Below are positions 26,601 to 38,600 of a DNA stretch of 64,000 nt, piece after piece. The notes beneath the pieces were generated by a model. It was not told the origin of the DNA. It ran no database searches and saw only the letters and a list, made by a program, of their open reading frames with translations. How positions within the stretch are numbered: the stretch's first letter is position 1; each line of letters begins with the position of its first letter. The stretch comes from Bilabrum cf. latius (lineage: Eukaryota), in NCBI GenBank assembly GCA_965178125.1, contig OZ237753.1, forward strand, positions 248,001 to 312,000. The letters run 5' to 3'. The position numbers were made by a program, and so were the translations under genes.

Positions 26601-29600
26601 GTCGTCATGTCATATACAACCGATTCAAGCAAACAAGTGTCTGGGTGCACCAGCGGCAGTGCGTACATGTTTGTGCAAGGCGAGCTTGAGGGGGTGTGGT
26701 GCAACAACTACGGCAACCTGCGCGCCGATGGCTGGCTGGGTATTGGGAGCTACATCAGCTCCATCTCAAACAACTGGCCTCGCGCAACCATTCGATAGAA
26801 CTGGGACGGCGATCTGTCACATTTCAGCATCCTGAGCCACGCCATCACGAACGCTGACGACGCCCGCGAGCTCATGCATGCCCAGATGTACGTGGACATG
26901 CACGAGTCTCTCAAGGGACACGTGTATGGCTTCTGGTCTGGGCGTTCTGAGCATGATATCACTGGCAACTAGGCTGGCCAAGGCGACGTTACGTGGTTTG
27001 ATGAGACGGGCAACCACAACTTTGACATGATGGGCACGCACCTTCGAGGCCTCGAGGTGCCTGTCTTCGTGAACGAGCGCGATCACAAGGGGGGCGGCCT
27101 CAGGCATGCACCCTCAAATGATTTTTGGGGAGGATCTCTGTCCACGCTCAAGAACCCGAGGCCCACCTCCCGCGTGTCTCGCCTTCGCCATGCCCGTCAC
27201 TGGGGTGGCCGCTGCCAGATCTTTTCTTCATCGACCACCGACGCGAGCAGCCCGAAAACCTGGTTCCCTACTCAGACGTACACCGTGGTTGTGTGGCTGC
27301 GTGCGCAGCAATAGACTTTGAACAATGGGTATCCTGTGCATCTATCCAGCAGCTCCAGCTGGCAGGAGTTCGCCTTGTACTAGTAGAACACATACACAAG
27401 TAAGTTTGACAGCAGCTGAAGCTTTACAGCCAGTTATAGTGTTGTTTAAGTGTAGGCCCAACATCAAACCGTTTTCATCTCGCAGTGAGGCACGTTGTTA
27501 GAGGCTCGCAATACAACGGCCCCTTCAGCAACTGGGGCTCGTACGCTAGGACTGGGTCAAAGTGGACGCAATTCATTCTCTCCTATGAAGCCTCCAAGTG
27601 AGTAGTAGCAACAATTTTTACAAATACTATCTTTTAAGTGCGCACGCCTACTATCTCTCGTTACATTGCGTCAAATGCATGCTACCGCAGTTGCGGCAAC
27701 CTCCGAACGTGGCAGAACGGTGCAGGTGGGGAGTACTTCGGCACCAGCCACCCGTACAGCTCCGACACCAACAGTCGTCAGTGCACAAATCGAGGCGACT
27801 TGGGCCATGCCACTGCATCCGGAGATGTTCACTGGGCCATCGGTGGCTACATCCACAGCCGCGGTTCTACTTCTCAGAGCTCTAGCAGTGCATTCTACGG
27901 CCAAATTGGCCCGGTGACAGTGTACGAGAAGGCCATCCTGACCACCTTCGAAGCCGAGATGATCTACCGAAACCCGACCAACCTGCTGGATGGTGACCTT
28001 GTAGCGCAGTGGTCGTCCAGCTACCGGATCACTAACAGTGACTGGAAGTCTCGAAGGGCGGATCTTCAGTATGCTGACTTCGGAGGGATTGATCTAAGCT
28101 GCGGGCACAACACGCAGCCGTATATGGTTCAACCCAATGGTCTAGAACGTCCATCGCTGCTGAATTCCTCCTACATTCCGTTCGTTGATTTCACTGGGTA
28201 CGAGATGAACAGCGCCGCTCGATTCAGAGGCGCTCATGCTCGCATCGTCGATTTCGGCGACATGCCAGAGGAGGCCTTCAGCGTCAGCGTGCTGGTTCGG
28301 GTGGATCCCACGCACATGGAGGAGGATTGTATCTTCTCGTACTTCTCTTCGTCGGTCAGGCAGTTCTCGCTGTGCTTCCCCGCTGACACCTCGTCGTCTG
28401 ATCCAGTCCGACTGTCGCAGAACATGAAGGGGCAGATCGGCTCTACCAGCTTCGACTTCCCCGACTCTCCAGCAGGTCATGTGGCCACCGGAGAGTGGGT
28501 CCACGTGGTGATGTCATGGGCCTCCAGCGATGGTATCCCTAGGCTCTGGATCAACGGCGAGCAGCAGACTCACAGCACTCCGATCCTGAGGGGCTCCGAT
28601 ATGGACTCTGGCGGTTGTCTCATGCTGGGCCGCAAGGCAACCACGGCTGCTTGCGGTGTGTCATCCTCGGATGACGACTCATTCGAGGGTCATGCCGCCC
28701 AGTTCTCCCTCTTCGACCACGGCCTGTCGGCCTCTGAGGTGGACGCGCTGTACCTGGCATCGCCCTCTGGACTCGAGGAAGGTCTCGTCCTGGCATGGTT
28801 GAATGCAGTGCCAGGCCCCGACCCAGAGATGGATGCTGATGACCTCATGAACCGGGACGAGTGGAAGCTCGGCAGGGGTCGGGAGTCCGTGAACACTCAC
28901 TGGAGGGATGTTCTCCGCAGGAACCACGGCGAGTTCGTCGGCACCACGAGCCAGGACTTCATGCCGCACTGGGTGCACCCTTCCAACGTCATGGCCGGCT
29001 CCTTCGAGGGCTACTACGCTTACTATGCTCACGGCTCCTCCTACTTCCAGTGAGTCGCAGCTTGTACTAGTGCGCATTTAAAGAAGGCATCACATGGCAC
29101 TCATAAGTATTCCCACAAGCAGTTTCTCTCTTTACCGCAGGCGCCAGTGGACCAAGTACTGGCTGGATGGTCACGCGGAGTTCTATGGCAACTCGTACGG
29201 CACGTCCCAAACCAATATCCAATCGTATCACAACGCCAGAAAAAGCGTTCGTATGTACAACCGAAACAGTTACTGGAGCTATTCTACTTCTTCAACAAGT
29301 GGTTCCGGGTCTACATTCTACACTCCTGTTCGGAATGTGATTAGCAACCTTCCTGACGGTACTCTTGCGTCCATGCATGGAGCCTACTGGGGTGAGACGG
29401 GCTACTTTCTGCCCAGATCAATCTTGTTATTGCCTTTCATTGGTTTCGTCTTTGGTTTTTGACTATTCTTGTTTGCAGGCCCGTACTGGCAGCCTCGCAC
29501 TGGCCTGTATGCCCACGTGTACGAAGCTGCCGACATGCTCGGCTGCAACAATTCGTACCCTCAGGCTTCGGGTACGACCACGTAGGGCTGGGGATACTTG

Positions 29601-32600
29601 TGCCTTGGAATCCGGGGCACTGGGTCCAATCCAGGCCAAATGATCATCAATGCCGCAGAGTACCACTTCCATGAAAGTACCTACAGCGCCGGCACTTTTA
29701 CCCCCATCCGCTCTTCCATCATCGTCGGGGAATCCAACGGGGTTGTCGAAACATCCGCAAGAAATTACAATTTCACCGATGCATCGCCTGGCCAGCCCGG
29801 CATCAACATCGTTGTCTACGATGAGATAAAGGGTATGGTCCGTCGTATGGCTGTGTTTGATATGTCGTCTCACGGTGCAAATGGACCGGACGGTTTGATC
29901 GGTCTGCTGCGCGAGATCGAGACCAATGTGACACGGCCTGAGACCCCCACGGAATCACCTGACGATCTCCTGGTGTACGTGTCGGCAATGCCCCCAGTGC
30001 GTGGGTACAACAGCACCGCAGCCATGTGGTTCAAGCGAGTCCTCGGGCACTCGCTGCCCTCTGGTCCCATCAAGGCGATCAGCTTCATCGCATCCCCTGG
30101 CCCTGATGCCTCCAACTTTACGATGGGGGTCTCTCAGACTGAGTACGGCCCATCCACCGTGCGCCGAGACGGTTTGTGCTCGAAGCAGACCTACGAGCTC
30201 CCGGCCAACATGCGCGTGCAGGGAGCTCCCATCGGATTCCCTGTTTCTTTCGGAACGACGTCAGGCAGGACTGACGCTCAAATCGTGCGAGTAAGTGAGT
30301 CTGCATGTGGCATGGTGTACGACGGATCCAGTGCCGTTGATGGTGGCGCATTCAACGTCACGAAGCACAACGGAGTGCCAGTTATTGCTGAGCCCGGTGC
30401 CATCGGTACGAGCGGGTGCAGAGTGCACAAACTGTGGCTACGGAGTCCGTCTAGTCCCCCGAGGTACGATTCCGGATGGGTCTCAGTGCAAGCCGAGCAC
30501 AATACGCTTTCGCAAGTGGACCTGAGCCACGAGACTGGCGTGCAGTCGTTCGCTAACCATGAGCTGTATGGCGAGGTTAAGATTCTGAGCGGCAACAACG
30601 CTGACTTTGTAGCTCCCATGATTTACATGATGCCTTTCAACGATTATTTCAATGAGCAATTCGGCGGGGTTGCAGCCATGTTCAACTCGACTGAAGTGTC
30701 GATTATGGCATTCCGAGCCCAGCGATACTCCAACTAGAACCGCCGGTATGGGTTCTATAACCCATTTGATCAGAGTGGGACGACGTTCCAGGCAGACCGG
30801 AGCGTAGAAGGCCGCGTTCGCATTTTCGACGACCTGTCTGCCCCCGACTACGACAGCGGCTGGTTCCAGATCCGGTCCCAGGCAGGCACAGATTCCTACT
30901 ATCAGATGTCGCACGGCTTGAGCAAGACTCCGGCAAAAGTGCGTGTACTGACTCAGATGGGAGAAACAAGCTCGTGTTTCCGTGGCTGGCATCAGTATGC
31001 GCTTCCAAGCGGGCTGGTCAATGATTATTTACTATATGAGCATTCTTCGACCGTGTACACCTACGATGATTCTGACGTCCACTTGCTTGGCCCTGATGCC
31101 CAGACCTACTGGTCTTATGGTCGCGTTGTGGGCAAGGGCACAGGATGGGGCGTGGGTAGTTCCTGCATGCAACAATCTGGGCTGGCCAGGGTCCAAGCCT
31201 GGGCAGAGGATGCAGTGGCTCCCGACTTCGAGACGGACTGGTTTGAGATGCAGTCCGGTACTGGATGCTCAACATCTCTGCGAAGTCGCAACGTGCAGGA
31301 GGTGGCGCATGGGCTTGGGCAGCGCCCCGACTACGTGGAGGTGTGGGTGCGGGTACCTGAGAGCACGCCCACCTACGGCGGTCTCATGTTTAAGGCAACA
31401 GGCGCTGTTAGCGCGCATAGCTTACACTCCTCTGGCACGCTGACTGCATGGTCGAGCACCGTGGTGCGCGTCTGGATGTCCTGCCAGTACTAGCGAGGCA
31501 TTTACCTGACTGGTTTCGGTGGCGAGCGTATCCAGCTGCAGAACTCTATTACCAAGGTCGATGTTAAGGTCCGTGCGTGGGTGAATTACCCTGGCGGAAC
31601 CGGTGCTGGTGTCAGTGGGGTGACTGTGAACATCAACGCTGCCAACAGACCGCCTGTCTTGCAAGACCTTGTCGTGGACGTGCCTGAAACGGCAGAGAGT
31701 GGGGAGGATCTAGGAGCCCTGTCGGCCACTGATCCTGATGGCACTTCTCAGTTCACCTACGCGATTGGCACTGGAGATTCGCTCGGCCTCTGGAACGTTG
31801 GGCAGACTTCTGGTGTGCTGTAGGTCAAGGAGTCGCAGTCGCTGTCTACCAATGACGGTCAAATTCGCCGATTCGTTGCGACAGTATCGGATGGTGCGCA
31901 GTCAGACTCTGCCACCGTTACGGTGCGTCTGGAAGACGCCAATCGTCCGCCCGTGGTGTTCAGCGCCGAGATGGAGGTGCCCGAGAAGAGCCCCTCTGGG
32001 ACCCTGGTGTCTGGGAGTCTGCGGGCCGTGGATCCCGATCGTGGCGACTCAATCCTGTACTCTATCGTCAGCGGAAACATTGGAAATACGTTCCGTATTG
32101 CTGGTTGCGGTGGCGAGCTGCGAGTGGGCGATTCCTCCCTTCTGGACGTGGACCTGTACGAGGAGTTCCTGCTGGAGATCCTGGTGCAGGATGATGGGGT
32201 ACCTGCTTTGAATTCGACTGCGTTCGCTCGTATTCGTATCCTGGACGTCAATGAGCCTCCAATTTGCGATCAGCTGTCTCGAAACGTGAGCGAGACTGCA
32301 GCCGTGGGTATCGCTGTGGGCTTGCCACTGGATGCCTACGAGCCCGAAGGCCAGGATCTTCTGTGGGAATTGACGTACGGCAATGACGATGGAACCTTCG
32401 AGATCGATCGTTTTACCGGACAGGTGTCCATGAAGCGATTTGGAGTGCTTGATTTTGAGACAGCTCGCGAGCGCGTGATCGGCTATGTGGCTACTGACGT
32501 GGGAGCGCCCCCGCTGTCCTGCCAGGGCCAGCTCAGGATTGATGTCCTGAATGCGAACGATGCGCCTGTTGTGGCCATCAACCCTACCCTGAACGTACTG

Positions 32601-35600
32601 GAGAACCAAGAGTCTGGTCGGGAGATCGGCCGTTTCTCGCTTGTTGACCAGGACGTGTCCGCCGGTGATGTAGTGACCATCACGATCACTCCAGGCACTG
32701 AAGGATACGATGAGGTCTCAATCCTCCATGACCCCCAGTCGCAGCAGGCTGTGGTGAGGGCCCGCGGTGTGGCCAACCTCGACTACGAAAAGAAGCCAAT
32801 CTTGAACGTGCAGTTCCGTGCCACGGATGCAGGCGGGCCCACTGGGGCCTAGACCACTCCCCAGGTGGTTACCGGTACTCTTCGTATCCTTCTGATCGAC
32901 GGCAATGATCCCCCTGTATTCCTCACGCCAAACACCACTCGTTTTATTGTTGGGGAGAACGCCGCACCAGGTACTTCGCTACAAGGCCCCTACATCCGTG
33001 CTTCCGACCCGGAGGGCAACGACTTTGAGTTTCAGGTCGTGCAGTACGACGGTGTCACGCAGCAGTACTTCGTGGAGGACGAGGCCAGATAGACCTGCGA
33101 AGACGCTGATACAGATGCTGCTCTAAGCGGTGACTCTAGCTCAGACACGAACTCCACTGAGATTGTGACTTTGTGCCGCGATGACAGGCCCAAGACAGCC
33201 TTCGCCATCGACCCTCTCCTGGGCAACCTCACCGTGCGGGACTCTTCTTCTCTGGACTACGAGACTAAAGACACTGAGATTGTTTACGTGCGAGTGCGAG
33301 ATCGCTTGTCGTCTACAATCCAAGCGTTTGACGTGCTGCTGACCGACATGGGCGACCCACCCACGATCGACTGCAACTTTGACCCCGAGATCCACAGCGG
33401 AATCCCAGAGCAAGTCACTGGACTGCAGCTGGATGCCTCACAGCAGGCAGTCATTGACCACATGATGAACTCGTCCAGTCTAACTATACCCGTCTGCGGG
33501 TACAGAGATGTGCTCGAGAACGCAGACACTGGGGATGCCATCGGCGCTGCACTTGAGGCTAGCGACCAAGATGGTGACACTGTCACCTTCGCGGTCATTC
33601 CCATCACTAACGCTTCTTCCCCGAGCTTCGGGTCTGCTTCAGGCATGATGCAGGTAGACGGTGGCACGGGCCAGCTGTCTATATCCACGTCTCGCCCTCT
33701 GGATTTTGAGACGAGCCAGCTCCTTGTGTTCGTTGTGGCTGCACGGGATACCTCCACTGGTAAGTTGTGGGGAAAGCCCACTGCCATCGCAATAAGGGTG
33801 GTTAACATTAATGAGGCGCCTGAATTCAGCGGATTGGAAACGTCCGGCGGTAACGATGGCTTCATCGTCCGCTATGTGGGCTTCAACACCCCCGCTGACC
33901 AAGACATCGGGGATCCGATTGTGGCCACTGACCCAGAAGGATAGACCGTGTCCTTCTCGAAGGATGGAGGCGACAGCGGCAACAACTTCAAGGTCGACAG
34001 CACCACCGGTCAGATCCGCAGCAACAACTTGGTAGTTGTCGGTGTCGGTTCGTCCATCGATGTCAGTATCAGGGCAACGGACTCCAGCGGCAACCGCGAA
34101 TCCCAGGCCGTACGTATCGTAGTGGTAGAGCAGAACAATGCCCCTACGGTTACAACTGGACAATCGTTCAACGTAGATGAGCACACGGCCGCAGGTTCAT
34201 CGTTTGGTACCGCAGTAGAGGCCAACGATCCTGATACTGAGCAGAGGCTGCGCTACAGCGTCACCGAAGTCAGTCCTTCTGATCCTGGAACTGGCTTATT
34301 TACGATCAATCCCGACACTGGTATCTTGCAGATCCGCTCAGACGCCAACCCCCTGTTGCTGAACTACGAAACGGGCCCAACGACATACCAGCTAACCGTT
34401 CGGGCTACCGACAATGATCCTGCAGCCAAGCTCTCGGATGAGGCCACCGTAACTGTGACGGTGGAGAACATCAACGAGCGCCCGAGGTGTGTCTTTTACA
34501 GTACGCAAAACGTGGCGTTTCGCTTGCAGCAGGAGTGGGTTCAGGAGGAGCAGGCGAAGGGCGTGGTGGTGGATCTTAACAGCTTACCATCCTACAACCA
34601 AAGCGACATGCTTACCCTGATCGACCCTGTGCCACTGTCAGAGCTTGCGCCTGAGAACCAGACGGCGGGCGTGCTTCGATGCACGGATGAAGACGGTGAC
34701 GACGTGACCATCTCACTGGCTGCCACTGGCAGCAGCGACTCAATGTTCGACCTGAGGCCGTATGGCAACTCGTCGCACAGTTTCTTCACCAGTGGTGCGG
34801 AGGTGAGGCAGGTGCTTCGGGTGCGAGACCCAAGCGGGCTTGACTTCGAAAGCCTGCCTGACTATGACACGACACTGTCCACTGCAGATCCGCGTTGGCC
34901 GACTGAGCCTGTATCCAGGGCACACAAGATCACCTTGAATGTGGAGGACGCTTCAGGCTCTGGTATCTTCGTGGTGGACCTGCCTCTGAGGGACGCCAAC
35001 GAGCGTCCCACTGTGACCGCTAGCTTGAACATCGTGCCCGAGGATGCCCCTGTCGGCACGGTGGTTGGTAGCGTGGTTGTGGTTGATCCTGACACGGGCG
35101 ACAGCCATGAGGTTGCTGCATCTGTGCCGAACTACGACCAGCTGTTCTCGTTCAACACTGAGACCTAGGAGATCGTTCTAGAGGGTGAGCTGGACTACGA
35201 GCGTGAGCAGTTCTACAGCCTGTCTGTGACCGCTACTGACTCGGGCGGTCTGATTGGCCAGACTACGGTGAGCATGGGTGTCACGAACGTCAATGACATC
35301 ACCATCGATGACGTACAGGGCGAGTTGCCGCTGAGCACGGACGGTTCATCAGCAATCGAGGTCGTCGGCACCAATCTGGGCTATTTCAACACGTCCAAGA
35401 ACCCGGACATCACTGTAACATTCGGACCTATTGGCGACGTCGAGCGGTTCCAGGCGCGTGACTGCACCGTCGCCACGGTCAACACTATGATCCGCTGCGC
35501 TTCCACCGACGAAGGCTTCGGGGCCAATTTGAGGGTGCGAGTTCAGGTGGGCGAGCACGTGAGAATCTCGGGGGCTGACGTCACGGTGAGCTTTGCGCCG

Positions 35601-38600
35601 CCTGTGCTGAGCTCGACCGTGATGACCTCAGACCTCCCTGGCAGTGGTGGAGGAACTTTCACGATCCGCGGCACGGGTTTCGGGCCGGTGGGTTCCGTCG
35701 GTCCCAACAACGCGCGCTCGGCTCTGCAGGTGGTGTACGCCCCTAGCTGGGACACGAGTGGCTACACGTACACTGGCCGCGGCTGCACGGTGACTGTGGC
35801 CCACACTGAGGCAGAGTGCACCACTGGCGAGGGCTTCGGAGCGTCAAACTGGGTGATCCTTCAAGTGGCGGATGCAAGTGTGGAGGAGAGCCGCCGCAGC
35901 ACCGATTCGCAGACACTCCGGTCAACGACCCTGGATGACGCCATCAGATTCGCTGCCCCCGTGGTGACCGACTTGCAGACCCCGTCCCAGACCGGGGGGC
36001 AGCTGAGCACGGCCGGCCGGCAGCTCATCTCGATCCAGGGCATGAATCTCGGCCGATTCAAGGCATTCGGAGATGAGACGGCCCAGTCCCAGCAGCCTGG
36101 TCTCTTCCCTGCAGCTGGGTCTGGGGACTGTCCTCGCGGGTGGTCTGCATGCTCACATGTGTACTCGCAGGGTGTGGCCAGCGCGCTAGGCTCCACTGCT
36201 GGCGTGTATCCGATCGAGTCCGATTCAATGGTACCGCGGCTATCGGCCGCTACTCCTCCTGGCACAACGGCAGATGGTGCGGTGGGTCAGCCAACCCACC
36301 CTGGAATTCTATCAGTGACCTACGGATACCTGCCGAACGGGACCACCCTCGCCGAGGCCGAGTCCATGATCTCGCAGTACAACGCCGACCGACGGTCGGG
36401 CGTGGACTCTTCTACTGCCGCAAAGATGACCGATATCTTGCCTCCCAGCCTCAGTGCCCCGCTTTCCCGGTTTAGGCCCACCTGCCTCGTCCTGGTTGCC
36501 CACACCATGCTGTAGTGTGAAACTGTGCCCGGGTACGGTGCGGGCGTAGTGTTTGTCGTGCGTGTGGGAGGCTTGATTTCATTGGTGCAGGAGGAGTCGC
36601 CGTTCACGAGCTATATCACCCCGAGTGTATCCGGCGTCAGTGGCGACGGCGCATTCAATGCTTCGACCCGCGGGTCGCAGCTGGTACTGATATCCGGTGC
36701 GCAACTGGGATCGCGCGACCTGCAGCCCGTGACCAGGGTCCGTTATGGCCCCTACGACCCGTCGAACTCGCCCGCCATGAGTCGCACGGAGGGCCTCAGC
36801 CTTGAATTCATCGCCGTGGATTGTGAGGTGGGCGCGGACCAGCAACAGATCCGATGCCTGACTGCACCTGGTGCAGGCCGCGGCCACTGGTGGCAGGTGC
36901 GAGTGGGCAACCAGTGGAGCCCCGTATTTGATGCGGCTTCTTCGTATGCCGCGCCGAGCATCATCGGGTTTGAGGGCGACGGTGCCCGTGATGCCTCCAC
37001 CCGCGGTGGGCAAGTGGTCACGGTGATGGGCGCCAACCTGGGTCCCACCACTGCTGACATCGACCGCGTGTACTACAAGGCTGTGAGCACTGTCGGGCCG
37101 GACGTGGCCCAAGGCAACGATACTGAGGGTGATGAGGGCGACGAGACTCCGTCGGAAGACCTCTCTCCCGCTGAACGACTGGCTCTGGTGGAGTTCGAAG
37201 CGGTCGGGTGCCAAATGACCAAGGCCCACGAAGAGCTCAGGTGCGTGACGGCCCCGGGTGTCGGTCGTACCCTCGAGTGGACCGTGATCGTGCGTGAGCA
37301 GAAGAACGAAGACCCTGTGACAAGCTACCACCCCCCGACGGTGCGGGCAGCAACGTCCACGGCAGGAGACCAGCAGCAGGCTGGCATGGGCTGGCTCCAA
37401 GCCGAATCGTATGCCGCCGAGGTCCGCGCTCTGGACTTGTTGCTCACGGGATGCAGCGCATCACCTGTGTCTTCAAGCAACAGTTCATCAACAACTGAGT
37501 CTAGTGAGAGCGTGGTTGCAGGGGGGTCTAATTAGCCCGCTTCGGTGCTGCGTGCCCAACTCATGAGCTCGGACGGTGGCCAGAGCGTCGTGGTTGATGG
37601 CCAGCACTTCGGTCCTGCGACCACCCCTGGTCCCTTCCTGGAGGCTGTGTACTACGGCGCGAGTGGGTCTGAGTATGCTGCCGCTGATTGCACCCTGGTG
37701 GACCACAACCAGATCACTTGCTAGACGGTCCCGGGCATCTCGCCCATGTCCGCCGATGGCGGTGCCAACTGGCGTGTGTCCATCGCTGGGCGCATTTCCT
37801 CTCCGTCGTTGCTCACCGCTGCGTACGCACCCCCCGCGGTGCGCAGCGTGCATCCCAGGCTGCTGCCCACTCGTGGTGGGCAGGTGGTGACGATCGTCTC
37901 GACCGATCTGGCCCTGTTAGACTCGGACTCTGACGTGGCATTCGCATTCTCCCTACCGTCTGGGGCTGCTGTGGAGGTGCAGCCCCTTGCGCCTGCGGCT
38001 CTGGCTGCCTACCCGACTGTGAGTGCTCCCACTTCGCAGCAGCTGGCTAACTGGGGATACCCTGGATATGGGGAGCCCGTGGCTGCCGGTGCTGGTCTTC
38101 GATATCCTTTGATCAACGAAGATGTGGCACGTCAGGCGCTGGTGGCCCAGCTCAGCAGCGCTGGGTCCACCCTGTCTTGCGACGCAGGTGCCATCGGGGC
38201 TGTGGCTACCTCGCTGCACGTGCTGTTTGCGATCTCGCCTGAGGGTGCCGGTGCCAATGTTCCAGTGTCGGCTCAGGTGACGTCAACCGCTGGATCTGGT
38301 CGTGGTGCTGCCGCACTCGGGGTGCAGTCCCTGTCCGCTTCTGCCAGCTTCGAATCACCTGCCATCCGTGCCCTCAACCCTCGGCCCGATGCTGAACTCC
38401 CTGGGTTCACGCGACTCGATATCGTGGGCAGCAACTTCTGCGGTGCGCAGCGGACTGTCGACAACCCGACCGGGTGCGGTCGACTGTATGTGTCCAGCAA
38501 TGTGGGCATCGCTGAGTCTGACTTCGGTCCCGAGCACGAGGTCACGGCGATCGTGTGGGGTCATGACGCTGTGGTGGCCCGCACGCCGCACACACAGGGC

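Noticed and set aside
30291-30300. Donor-like GTAAGT/GTGAGT inside exons (also ~12934 and ~39000)
   Set aside because: The frame stays open and coding-like, and no intron is needed; RNA-seq would be required to support one.
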